Assembly: GCA_024401055.1 (NCBI GenBank)
Contig: JAKSLT010000002.1
Coordinates: forward strand, 1,885 to 65,884
Length of the DNA stretch: 64,000 nucleotides
Origin: Bacteroidaceae bacterium
GTDB taxonomy: Bacteria; Bacteroidota; Bacteroidia; Bacteroidales; Bacteroidaceae
Direction of reading: 5' to 3'
Positions 47,465 to 56,971 of this stretch are shown piece after piece. Both the position numbers and the translations under genes were made by a program. Positions within the stretch are counted from its first letter, which is position 1. Every line of letters begins with the position of its first letter. The notes under the pieces are model-generated. The model searched no databases, had not been told where the DNA came from, and saw nothing but the letters and a program-made list of their open reading frames with translations.

Positions 47465-50154
47465 AAAGTCTCTATCTGCTTGATGCCTACGCCCTGATAT
47501 ACCGGGCATACTACGGCCTTATCAACAGCCCGCTGGTGAATACCAAAGGGCAGAATGTGAGCGCCGTACACGGTTTTGTGAGCACGTTGTGGGACATCAT
47601 CCAGAAAGAGAGCCCCGACTACATAGGCGTGGCCTTTGATCCCTCCGGTCCCACCTTCCGCCATGAGGCCTACGAGCCCTACAAGGCTCAGCGCGAGAGC
47701 ACTCCGGAAGACATCAAATGGGCCGTGCCCGTCATCAAGCAGATTCTGGCTGCCATGAACATCCCCTTGCTGGAGGTAGCGGGCTTTGAGGCCGACGACG
47801 TCATCGGCACGTTAGCGAAACAAGGGGCTAATGCCGGCCTTGAAGTTTTTATGGTGACGCCCGACAAAGACTACGGCCAACTGGTGGAAGACCACATCAC
47901 CATGCTCAAGCCCGGCTTCAAAGGCGGCTTCGAACGCCTCGGCCCGAAAGAAGTATGCGAGAAATATGGTCTGACACACACACATCAGGTTCTGGACCTG
48001 CTGGCCCTGATGGGTGACTCAGCCGACAATTTTCCCGGTTGCCCCGGCGTAGGACCCAAAACGGCCACTGCCCTACTCCAGCAATTCGGCTCCATCGAGG
48101 ATATGCTCACACGAACGGACGAGATTAAGGGAGCTCTTCGCAAGAAAGTGGAAGAACACATCGACGATATAAAGACGAGCCTCTTCCTCGCCACCATACG
48201 CACCGATGTCCCCATCACTCTCGACCTTGACCTTCTCCTCCGTCGTGACCCCGACACGCCCTCCCTACTCCAAATTTTCGGCGAACACGAATTTGTAAAG
48301 TTGAGTCGCCGAATTTGTGGTCAAAATACGGCCATAAAAACGGCCGAGGGTACAGGCGTTCAAAATGAAGCCAAGGAATTGGCCGTTTCACAGAGTTTCC
48401 AAAAGCCTGTTCTTATTGAGAACGAAGAAGATATCGAGCAAATAATTGAAAATATTTTGACAAAACATTTTGTCGGTTTTTCAATTCAACTTGATAATCT
48501 GCCCACTCAAGATACCAAAATCAAAAGTTTAGGGCTCGCTGCAACCGAGAAGGAAGATGACTCCATAAAATGTTGGCAACTTCATCTTCCTCACGAAAAT
48601 TCCGACGCAGAAGAGTTCGGTGCCTTGTTCGCCTCCTTTGACGACGATGGAGATGACTCCATAAAAATCGCCAAAGCCATCCAGCCACTCCTCCAAAATG
48701 AAAATGTCACACTCGTGGGCTATAATCTGAAGCCGGCGGTAGAAGTCTTACGCCGATTGGGTGCCGAAGTAAAGTGCGCCTTATGGGACGTGCAGCTGGC
48801 TTACTACGTTATCGACCCCGAGCAGCACTACGCGCTCAAAGACAGGGTGGGGGAGTCCCCCGCCACGCTGGCAGCCGAATGCCTCGCCCTGAAGCCTGAA
48901 TTGGAGGAACAAATGAAGATGACGGGCGTTTATGACGTGTTCCGCCACATCGAGATGCCCCTTCTGCCCGTGCTCGCCGAGATGGAGAGCCACGGCGTGC
49001 GTCTCGACACGCGGGCTCTGGCCGAAGTGGGACAGTCGTTCCGCCAACGGCTGGACGAACTGGAAAAAGAAATTTACGCTCAGGCCGGCCATGAGTTCCT
49101 GCTCACGTCGCCGCGCCAGGTGGGCGACGTACTGTTTGACGAGTTGCAGCTCAGCGAGAAGGCCAAAAAGACCAAGAACGGGCAGTATTCCACCTCCGAA
49201 GAAGTACTGGAGGCTCTCAAGCCGAAGCACCCCATCGTGGGCCTCATACTCCAGCACCGCGCCCTAAAGAAACTGCAAAACACATACGTGGATGCCCTCC
49301 CCAAACTCATCAACGCGCGAACGGGCCGCATCCATACCTCCTTCAATCAGGCCGTGACGGCTACGGGGCGCCTGTCGTCAAGCAACCCCAACCTCCAAAA
49401 CATTCCCGTGCGCGGCGAAGACGGCAAGGAAATCCGCCGCTGCTTCGTGCCCGAACCCGGCGAGGTGTTCTACTCTGCCGACTACTCTCAGATAGAACTG
49501 CGCATCATGGCTCATCTCAGTCAGGACACCGCGATGATAGAGGATTTCCGCGCCGGCCACGACGTACACGCCGCCACCGCCTCGCGCATTTTCAAGGTCT
49601 CCGTTGATGACGTGACGCGCGACATGCGCCGCAAGGCCAAGACGGCCAACTTCGGCATCATCTACGGCATCTCTGCCTTCGGCCTGTCGGAACGCATGGA
49701 GGTGAGTCGTCAGGAAGCCAAGGAACTCATAGAAAACTACTTTGAGACATATCCTGGCGTCAGGTCTTACATCGACTCTGCCGTGGCCCGGGCCCGCGAG
49801 AACGGCTATGCCCTTACAGCTTTCGGCCGGCGTCGCTACCTGAAGGACATCAATTCCAAGAACGGCACCGTGCGCTCCTTTGCCGAGCGCAACGCCGTGA
49901 ACGCTCCCATCCAAGGCACAGCCGCCGACATCATCAAGGTGGCCATGATTCGTATCGCCGCCCGCCTGAAGGAAGAGGGTCTACGCGCCAGAATGATCCT
50001 GCAAGTGCATGACGAACTCAACTTCTCCTGCCCTCCCGATGAGCTACAGCGCCTCAAAGACATCGTACTCACGGAGATGGCCGGCGCCTACACAATGGCA
50101 GTACCCCTCATCGCCGACGACGGGGTGGGGGAGAACTGGCTGGAAGCACACTAA
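47461..50154 (+). CDS. polA: DNA polymerase I
   Basis: 5'-nuclease (LLDAYALIYRAYY, EADDVIGT). Polymerase motifs ATGRLSSSNPNLQNIP, DYSQIELR, KTANFGIIYG and QVHDEL. Confidence 0.98.
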   Translation: MKSLYLLDAYALIYRAYYGLINSPLVNTKGQNVSAVHGFVSTLWDIIQKESPDYIGVAFDPSGPTFRHEAYEPYKAQRESTPEDIKWAVPVIKQILAAMNIPLLEVAGFEADDVIGTLAKQGANAGLEVFMVTPDKDYGQLVEDHITMLKPGFKGGFERLGPKEVCEKYGLTHTHQVLDLLALMGDSADNFPGCPGVGPKTATALLQQFGSIEDMLTRTDEIKGALRKKVEEHIDDIKTSLFLATIRTDVPITLDLDLLLRRDPDTPSLLQIFGEHEFVKLSRRICGQNTAIKTAEGTGVQNEAKELAVSQSFQKPVLIENEEDIEQIIENILTKHFVGFSIQLDNLPTQDTKIKSLGLAATEKEDDSIKCWQLHLPHENSDAEEFGALFASFDDDGDDSIKIAKAIQPLLQNENVTLVGYNLKPAVEVLRRLGAEVKCALWDVQLAYYVIDPEQHYALKDRVGESPATLAAECLALKPELEEQMKMTGVYDVFRHIEMPLLPVLAEMESHGVRLDTRALAEVGQSFRQRLDELEKEIYAQAGHEFLLTSPRQVGDVLFDELQLSEKAKKTKNGQYSTSEEVLEALKPKHPIVGLILQHRALKKLQNTYVDALPKLINARTGRIHTSFNQAVTATGRLSSSNPNLQNIPVRGEDGKEIRRCFVPEPGEVFYSADYSQIELRIMAHLSQDTAMIEDFRAGHDVHAATASRIFKVSVDDVTRDMRRKAKTANFGIIYGISAFGLSERMEVSRQEAKELIENYFETYPGVRSYIDSAVARARENGYALTAFGRRRYLKDINSKNGTVRSFAERNAVNAPIQGTAADIIKVAMIRIAARLKEEGLRARMILQVHDELNFSCPPDELQRLKDIVLTEMAGAYTMAVPLIADDGVGENWLEAH

Positions 50155-50224
50155 AATGAAGAGTTAAAAATTAAAAGTTAAAAGTTAAGAGTGCGGTGGA
50201 AAAAAGCCGCACTGATTTCCATAC

Positions 50225-51664
50225 ATGCAGAAACAGGTAATCCAGCAGACTACGGCCACGCAGCAAGTGCAGCAGACCGTGACGCAACATCAGGTGCAAC
50301 TCTCGCATCTGCTGGAACTTCCTGTGGAGGCTATGGACGACGAGATACAGAAGGCACAGGACGAAAATCCGGCTCTCGAGCGCGATGACGACGCCGACGG
50401 CTACTCCGACGCCACGCTCTCCACCGAAGACCTTCTGCGCGATGTGCCTGACACGGGCTATGTGCGCCGTAGCAATGAGCCCGACGACAACAATCTGGAA
50501 GAACGTCTGGCCAGCACCGAGACCGATGCCGACGTGCTCGCCCAGCAGATTGCGCTACTCAACCTCACGCCCATAGAACAGCAGATGATGGACTACCTCG
50601 CCGGCTCCCTCAACACTTACGGTTATCTGGAGAAGGACGACCAGACACTGGCCGACGAGCTGGCCATCGGGCTCTATCTCGACGTAAACGCCGACGATGT
50701 GCATCGCCTCGTGGCACTTCTTCAGACGCTGGAACCCACCGGTATCGGTGCCCACGACCTGCGCGAATGCCTTGTTTTGCAGATTGATGCACGTCTTCAG
50801 ACAGTTCCCGATGCTCCCGTGGCCAACAGCCTACGCACGGCCCTTCGTATTCTCCGCGAAGCCTGGGATGACTATTCGTCACGCCGGCTGGAGCGCGTGA
50901 AAAATCTCCTTCATCTTTCCTCCGAGGAACTCGCCGCTGCCGAGACGCACATCCGCCACTGCAATCCCCGTCCCGGTGCCGCCCTCACTACGGCCACGCG
51001 CACAGAGGCTCCCGCCGTAACGCCAGACTTCTTCCTCAGCGTGGACGAAAACGGACACATCGACATTGCTCTCTCCCACCATCAGGATCCACGGCTTAAG
51101 GTGCGCCGCGAATTCCTCGACATCGTGGAACGCCACGCCATCCTTACACAACCCTCGCGCTCGGAGCAAGAAGCCTATGTGTATGCCAGGGACAAGGTGG
51201 ACCGCGCCACGGCCTATATCGCCAATCTTCAGCGTCGCCGCACCATGCTGCTCGACACGATGAAGGTCATCGCCCAGCGGCAGCATGACTTTTTCACGCA
51301 TGAAGATGACGAGTCTCTGCTCCAGCCCCTGCGACTGCAAGACGTGGCGGAGCGTCTCCACGTGGACATCAGCACCGTGAGCCGCGCCGCCAATTCCAAA
51401 TACGTGCAGACGGCCTACGGAATGTATCCCCTGCGCCGCTTCTTCAACGCACAGACTATGGAGAAGGATGGGCAGCTGGTGAGCAGCACACAGCTAAAGG
51501 TGGCACTACGCGACATTCTTGAGAATGAAGACGCTTCGCACCCTTTCTCCGACGAGCAGCTCGTGAGTCTCATGCAGGAGAAGGGCTACAAGATAGCACG
51601 CCGCACAGTGGCAAAATATCGCTCGCAAATGGGATTCTTACCCGCAATTCAACGAAAAAAATAA
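50225..51664 (+). CDS. rpoN: RNA polymerase sigma-54 factor
   Basis: Q-rich N-terminus, EPTGIGAHDLRECL, STVSRA and RpoN box ARRTVAKYR. Confidence 0.96.
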   Translation: MQKQVIQQTTATQQVQQTVTQHQVQLSHLLELPVEAMDDEIQKAQDENPALERDDDADGYSDATLSTEDLLRDVPDTGYVRRSNEPDDNNLEERLASTETDADVLAQQIALLNLTPIEQQMMDYLAGSLNTYGYLEKDDQTLADELAIGLYLDVNADDVHRLVALLQTLEPTGIGAHDLRECLVLQIDARLQTVPDAPVANSLRTALRILREAWDDYSSRRLERVKNLLHLSSEELAAAETHIRHCNPRPGAALTTATRTEAPAVTPDFFLSVDENGHIDIALSHHQDPRLKVRREFLDIVERHAILTQPSRSEQEAYVYARDKVDRATAYIANLQRRRTMLLDTMKVIAQRQHDFFTHEDDESLLQPLRLQDVAERLHVDISTVSRAANSKYVQTAYGMYPLRRFFNAQTMEKDGQLVSSTQLKVALRDILENEDASHPFSDEQLVSLMQEKGYKIARRTVAKYRSQMGFLPAIQRKK

Positions 51665-51724
51665 TACTCGCACACACTTGCTTTTCATTTCCAACGTATA
51701 AAAGCCATAAACATAAGTCTTGAT

Positions 51725-52342
51725 ATGAATAAATACATCATCTGGACAGCAAAAGCAGTGAGCAACATCTTTGCGCCATGGTATCTGGCGCTTTTGGGCT
51801 ATGCCCTGCTGCTCATCTTTTCATACATGAACGCCATCCCGTGGTCGGTGATGGCCATCCTGCTGCTCACGGTGTATTTCTTTACGATTCTTCTGCCCCA
51901 CTGGGCTATTTGTCTCTACGTGCGTATCCAAGGCTGGAAAGAACAGGAGATAGGTAAGCGCGAACACCGCGTAGTACCATATCTTATCAGCATTATGTGC
52001 TACATGGCTCTGCTCTATGTACTCAACAACGTGTTTCATGCGCAGACATACTCCCAAGCCATCATCGTCGGTGCGCTGCTGGTGCAGGTAGCTTGCGCCA
52101 TCGCTAATATATGGATAAAGGTAAGCACCCACGCTGCGGGCGCCGCGGGCATCACGGGGGCGCTGATGGCCTTATCGCTGGTATATGGTTTCAACCCCTC
52201 TGGGTGGCTGGCCGGCAGCGTAATGATGTGCGGCGTTGTGTGCTCCGCACGCATGATATTGCGCCAGCACACGTTGGGTGAAGTAGGCCTCGGCTCTCTC
52301 ATCGGCTTGCTGTGCGGATGGTCGATAGTTCTATTCCTGTAA
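51725..52342 (+). CDS. PAP2-superfamily-like membrane protein
   Basis: About six TM segments; KVSTHAAG and SARMILRQHTLGEV. Conserved position after rpoN in Bacteroidales. Confidence 0.75.
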   Translation: MNKYIIWTAKAVSNIFAPWYLALLGYALLLIFSYMNAIPWSVMAILLLTVYFFTILLPHWAICLYVRIQGWKEQEIGKREHRVVPYLISIMCYMALLYVLNNVFHAQTYSQAIIVGALLVQVACAIANIWIKVSTHAAGAAGITGALMALSLVYGFNPSGWLAGSVMMCGVVCSARMILRQHTLGEVGLGSLIGLLCGWSIVLFL

Positions 52343-52414
52343 GAACTCATCCCGAAGTCGCATCCCCTCTCATCCTCTACCCTAAAAGAAATAGAACCTA
52401 TCATAATATATAAT

Positions 52415-52921
52415 ATGAGTCCAAAAGTAAGCATTATCATGGGCAGCACGAGCGACCTGCCCGTCATGGGAAAAGCCTGTAAGCAGTTGAACGACCTTCA
52501 GGTACCTTTCGAGGTGCTGGCCCTCAGTGCCCACCGCACACCCGAGGAGGTGGAGGATTTCGCCCGTAAGGCCGAGGGTAGGGGAGTGCGCGTCATCATC
52601 GCCGCTGCCGGCATGGCCGCAGCCTTGCCTGGCGTGATAGCCGCACAGACCACGCTGCCCGTCATTGGTGTACCCATCAAGGGTATGCTGGACGGTCTGG
52701 ACGCCCTCCTCTCCATCGTGCAGATGCCTCCCGGCATTCCCGTGGCCACCGTAGGCGTAAACGCCGCACAGAATGCCGCACTTCTGGCCGTGCAGATACT
52801 GGCACAGGGTGATGCCGAATTGGCCACACGACTCCGCCATCAGAAAGAAGGCCTGAAGGAAAAGATTGTAAAGGCCAATGCTGACTTATCCGAAATAAAA
52901 TATGAGTACAAGACGAATTAG
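52415..52921 (+). CDS. purE: N5-CAIR mutase
   Basis: IIMGSTSD, SAHRTP, AGMAAALPG and QMPPGIPVATV. Confidence 0.98.
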   Translation: MSPKVSIIMGSTSDLPVMGKACKQLNDLQVPFEVLALSAHRTPEEVEDFARKAEGRGVRVIIAAAGMAAALPGVIAAQTTLPVIGVPIKGMLDGLDALLSIVQMPPGIPVATVGVNAAQNAALLAVQILAQGDAELATRLRHQKEGLKEKIVKANADLSEIKYEYKTN

Positions 52922-54077
52922 CCACGCCGTGCATATCGGCCCGCACCTTACCATCGGCGGTGGCCATCCCATTGCCATCCAGAGCATGACGACGTGCTCC
53001 ACGATGGACACCGAGGGCTGCGTGGAGCAGGCCATCCGCATCATCGAGGCGGGCGGCGAACTCGTGCGCCTCACCACGCAGGGCGTCCGCGAGGCCGAGA
53101 ACCTGCGCAACATCCGTGCCGAACTCAACCGCCGCGGCTACGGCCACGTGCCCCTCTGCGCCGACGTACACTTCAACCCTAATGTGGCCGACGTGGCCGC
53201 CACCATCGTGGAGAAGGTGCGCATCAACCCCGGCAACTACGTGGATCCCGCACGCACCTTCAAGCATCTGGAATACACCGATGCCGAATACACCGCCGAA
53301 CTCCAGCGCCTCGACGAGCGCTTCTGCCGTTTCCTCGCCATCTGCCGCGAGCACGGCACAGCCATCCGTATCGGCGTGAACCACGGTTCGCTGAGCGACC
53401 GCATCATGTCGCGCTACGGCGACACGCCGGCAGGCATCGTAGAGTCCTGTATGGAGTTCCTGCGCATCGCCGAGCGAGAGAAGTTCAGCGATGTGGTGGT
53501 GAGCATCAAGGCCAGCAACACCGTGGTGATGGTGGAGTCCGTGCGCCTGCTCTGCAAAGAGATGGAGCGTGAGGGCATGGACTATCCGCTCCACCTCGGC
53601 GTGACGGAAGCCGGCGAAGGCGAGGACGGCCGCCTGAAGAGTGCCATAGGCATCGGCGCCCTCCTCATCGACGGCATTGGCGACACCATCCGCGTGAGCC
53701 TCTCTGAGGAGCCCGAATGCGAGATACCCGTGGCCGCCAGCATCCTTCAGGCCGCCCGGGCCCGCACGACGAAGCCGGAGTTTATCTCCTGCCCGGGCTG
53801 CGGCCGCACGCTCTACGACCTTCAGGACACCATCCGCCGCATAAAGGCCGCCATCAATGAGCGTGCCGCCGCTGACCCCCGCTACCGCACCCTGAAGATT
53901 GGTATCATGGGCTGCATCGTCAACGGCCCCGGAGAGATGGCCGACGCCGACTTCGGCTACGTGGGCGCTGCCCGCGGCAAGGTGAGCCTCTACAAGGGCA
54001 AGACCTGCGTGGAAAAGAATATACCCGAGGAAGAAGCCGTGGAGCATCTTATTACATTAATCGAAAATAATATCTAA
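52902..54077 (+). CDS. ispG: HMBPP synthase, short two-domain form
   Basis: IQSMT, ADVHF, RINPGN, RIGVNHGSL, GDTIRVSL, SCPGCGR and MGCIVNGPGE. Confidence 0.97.
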   Translation: MSTRRISHAVHIGPHLTIGGGHPIAIQSMTTCSTMDTEGCVEQAIRIIEAGGELVRLTTQGVREAENLRNIRAELNRRGYGHVPLCADVHFNPNVADVAATIVEKVRINPGNYVDPARTFKHLEYTDAEYTAELQRLDERFCRFLAICREHGTAIRIGVNHGSLSDRIMSRYGDTPAGIVESCMEFLRIAEREKFSDVVVSIKASNTVVMVESVRLLCKEMEREGMDYPLHLGVTEAGEGEDGRLKSAIGIGALLIDGIGDTIRVSLSEEPECEIPVAASILQAARARTTKPEFISCPGCGRTLYDLQDTIRRIKAAINERAAADPRYRTLKIGIMGCIVNGPGEMADADFGYVGAARGKVSLYKGKTCVEKNIPEEEAVEHLITLIENNI

Positions 54078-54089
54078 CACTATCGTACT

Positions 54090-55334
54090 ATGAAAAAGGT
54101 TTTAACCATCATCTGCTGTCTGCTGTCTGCTGTCTGCTGTCCAAAATCTTTTGCCCAGACCACGCTCTTCTCCACCGAGGGCAGCAGTGTGCCCTATCGT
54201 ATTCCCGCCATCACTACCACGCATGACGGCCGCCTCATTGCCGTGAGCGACTACCGCCACTGCGGCGCTGACATCGGCTTCGGACGTGTAGATTTACACT
54301 ATCGCCTCTCCGAAGACAAAGGCACCACATGGGGCAAGGAACTCTCCCTCGTGGAAGGTGACGGCGTGAAGGGCTCCACGCGCTGTGGCTACGGCGATGC
54401 CGCCCTCGTGGCCGATGCCATGAGCGACACCGTGCTCCTCATCTGCGTCACCGGCAACACCGTCTATGGCCACGCCACCACCACGCGCCAGAACCCCAAC
54501 CGCGTGGCCCGCATCTATTCCTACGACGGTGGCCGCACATGGCAAGCTCCCGAGGAAATCACGGAACAGATATACGGTCTCTTTGATGCGAGCGAACTGG
54601 GCCCCGTGCAGAGTCTTTTCTTCGGCAGCGGCCGCATCTGCCAGAGCCGCATGGTGAAGGTGGGAAGCCACTATCGCCTCTATGCCGCTCTCTGCGCCCG
54701 CCCCGGTGGTAACCGCGTCATCTATTCCGACGACCTCGGCCGCACATGGCATGCCCTCGGCGACATACACACCTCGCCCGCTCCCAAGGGCGACGAACCC
54801 AAGTGTGAAGAACTCCCCGACGGCTCCGTCATCCTCTCCAGCCGCGCCTGGGGTGGCCGCCACTTCAACGTGTTCCACTACTTCAAGAAGCCCTCCCTCA
54901 AAAATCCTGCCTACGGTATGTGGGACGAGGAATACGCCGACAGCGGCCAGATGCCCGACGGTGTCATAGCCAAGGAGAACGCCTGCAACGGCGAGATTAT
55001 CCTCGTGGAGGCCCGCCGCGCCAAGGACAACAAGAAGACGTGGCTCCTCTTCCAGACCGTACCGTTCGGCCCCAAGCGCGCCAACGTGGGATTCTACTAT
55101 AAGGAAATTGCCCCCAAAACCTCCTATTGGGCCAAGGACATCGCCGCCGGTTGGAGCCGCGGCATGCAGGTGTCCTACGCTGCCAGCGGATACAGCACCC
55201 TCACACTGCAGACCGACGACCGCATTGGTTTCTTCTGGGAAGATAAGTGCAGCGCCCCCAACGGCTACCAGATGAACTACAAGCCTCTCTCCATCGCGCA
55301 AATCACCTTCGGCAAGTTCCTGCCGCTCTTTTAA
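54090..55334 (+). CDS. GH33 sialidase-family protein
   Basis: Signal peptide, YRIP motif and Asp-boxes SEDKGTTW, SYDGGRTW and SDDLGRTW. Confidence 0.88.
   Translation: MKKVLTIICCLLSAVCCPKSFAQTTLFSTEGSSVPYRIPAITTTHDGRLIAVSDYRHCGADIGFGRVDLHYRLSEDKGTTWGKELSLVEGDGVKGSTRCGYGDAALVADAMSDTVLLICVTGNTVYGHATTTRQNPNRVARIYSYDGGRTWQAPEEITEQIYGLFDASELGPVQSLFFGSGRICQSRMVKVGSHYRLYAALCARPGGNRVIYSDDLGRTWHALGDIHTSPAPKGDEPKCEELPDGSVILSSRAWGGRHFNVFHYFKKPSLKNPAYGMWDEEYADSGQMPDGVIAKENACNGEIILVEARRAKDNKKTWLLFQTVPFGPKRANVGFYYKEIAPKTSYWAKDIAAGWSRGMQVSYAASGYSTLTLQTDDRIGFFWEDKCSAPNGYQMNYKPLSIAQITFGKFLPLF
54112..54141 (+). repeat. (TCTGCTG)x4 heptamer tract in the sialidase signal-peptide coding region
   Basis: tctgctg tctgctg tctgctg tctgctg tc, read directly from the sequence. 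Confidence 0.9.
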
Positions 55335-55369
55335 CCTAACTTAATAATACTCTCCCCACCCGAGTAAAT

Positions 55370-55406
55370 ACTCCCCTCCATCATAGGGAGGGATAGGGGG
55401 TGGGTC
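55370..55406. repeat. Family-B REP unit immediately upstream of cysS
   Basis: actcccctccatcatagggagggatagggggtgggtc; same layout as 12733-12769. Confidence 0.75.
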
Positions 55407-55411
55407 CTCCT

Positions 55412-56908
55412 ATGTTTATCTACAACACTCTCACACGCCAGAAGGAACTCTTCCGTCCCCTTCATGAAGGCCGCGTCGGCATGTACGTCTGCGGCCCCAC
55501 CGTCTATGGCGACGCCCATCTGGGCCACGCCCGTCCCGCCATCACCTTTGACCTACTCTTCCGCTATCTCCAGCATCAGGGCTATAAGGTGCGCTACGTC
55601 CGCAACATCACCGACGTGGGCCACCTTGAGCACGACGCCGACGAAGGCGAGGACAAAATTGCCAAAAAGGCCCGCCTCGAACAGCTTGAGCCGATGGAGG
55701 TGGCGCAGTACTACACCAACCGCTTCAACAAGGCCATGGAGGCCCTCGGCGTACTGCCTCCCAGCATCGAACCCCACGCCACCGGCCACATCATCGAGCA
55801 GATAGAACTCGTGCGCCAGATTATGGACCACGGCTATGCCTACGAGAGCAACGGCAGCGTGTATTTCGACGTGGAAAAATACGACCACGACCACGCCGGC
55901 ACGCCGCTCCGCTACGGCGTACTCTCCGGCCGCTCCCTTGAGAACATCAAGGACGCCAGCCGCGAGCTCGACGGGGTAGGGGAGAAGCGCCGCCAGGCCG
56001 ACTTCGCCCTCTGGAAGAAGGCCCAGCCCGAGCACATCATGCGCTGGCCCTCTCCTTGGAGCGACGGTTTCCCCGGCTGGCACTGCGAGTGCACCGCCAT
56101 GGGCCGCAAATACCTCGGCGAGGAGTTCGATATCCACGGCGGAGGCATGGACCTCGTCTTCCCCCACCACGAGTGCGAGATTGCACAGGCCGTGGCCTCA
56201 CAGGGCAAACCTATGGTGCACTACTGGATGCACAACAACATGATTACCATCGCCGGCAAGAAGATGGGCAAGTCCTACAACAACTTCATCACGCTCTCCC
56301 AGTTCTTCTCCGGCGACCATCCCCTCCTCGAACAGGCCTATGCTCCCATGGTCATCCGCTTCTTCATTCTCCAGGCCCACTACCGCAGCACCGTCGATTT
56401 CAGCAACGAGGCCCTGCAGGCCAGCGAGAAGGGACTGGAGCGTCTGCGCGAAGCCTGGAAGGCCATCTCCCGCCTTGCCGACGGTCAGAAGGTGAAGGGC
56501 CAGCCGCAGGTGGAGATGTCCTACGTGGAGGACCTCGCCGCCAAGTGCCGGGAGGCTATGGACGACGACCTCAACTCCCCCATCGTCATCTCCCACCTCT
56601 TCGACGCCTGCAAGACCATCAACACCCTGGCCGACCGCAAGGCCAGCATCACCCCCGAAGTAGCCGACGCCCTCCTCAACCTCTTCCGCACGTGGGCCGT
56701 AGATATCCTCGGCCTGCAACTCGAGGCCGCCGCCGGAAGCGCCGAGCGTGAGAAGGCCTTCGGCGGTGCCGTAGAACTCCTCCTCCAGATGCGCGCAAAG
56801 GCCAAGGAAGCCAAGGACTGGGCCACCTCCGACCAGATACGCGACCAGCTCGCCGCCCTCGGCTTCGAAATAAAGGACACCAAGGACGGAGCCACATGGA
56901 AATTATAG
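55412..56908 (+). CDS. cysS: Cysteine--tRNA ligase
   Basis: [37 protein letters not shown] and KMGKS. Start taken at ATG 55412. Confidence 0.98.
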   Translation: MFIYNTLTRQKELFRPLHEGRVGMYVCGPTVYGDAHLGHARPAITFDLLFRYLQHQGYKVRYVRNITDVGHLEHDADEGEDKIAKKARLEQLEPMEVAQYYTNRFNKAMEALGVLPPSIEPHATGHIIEQIELVRQIMDHGYAYESNGSVYFDVEKYDHDHAGTPLRYGVLSGRSLENIKDASRELDGVGEKRRQADFALWKKAQPEHIMRWPSPWSDGFPGWHCECTAMGRKYLGEEFDIHGGGMDLVFPHHECEIAQAVASQGKPMVHYWMHNNMITIAGKKMGKSYNNFITLSQFFSGDHPLLEQAYAPMVIRFFILQAHYRSTVDFSNEALQASEKGLERLREAWKAISRLADGQKVKGQPQVEMSYVEDLAAKCREAMDDDLNSPIVISHLFDACKTINTLADRKASITPEVADALLNLFRTWAVDILGLQLEAAAGSAEREKAFGGAVELLLQMRAKAKEAKDWATSDQIRDQLAALGFEIKDTKDGATWKL

Positions 56909-56909
56909 G

Positions 56910-56963
56910 AAATTAGCAAATTAGCAAATTAGCAAATGAGGAAATTTGAAAATTAGCAAATTA
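56910..56963. repeat. Octamer microsatellite (AAATTAGC)n
   Basis: aaattagc x3 followed by degenerate copies, filling the intergenic gap. Confidence 0.85.
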
Positions 56964-56971
56964 TTAGATAT

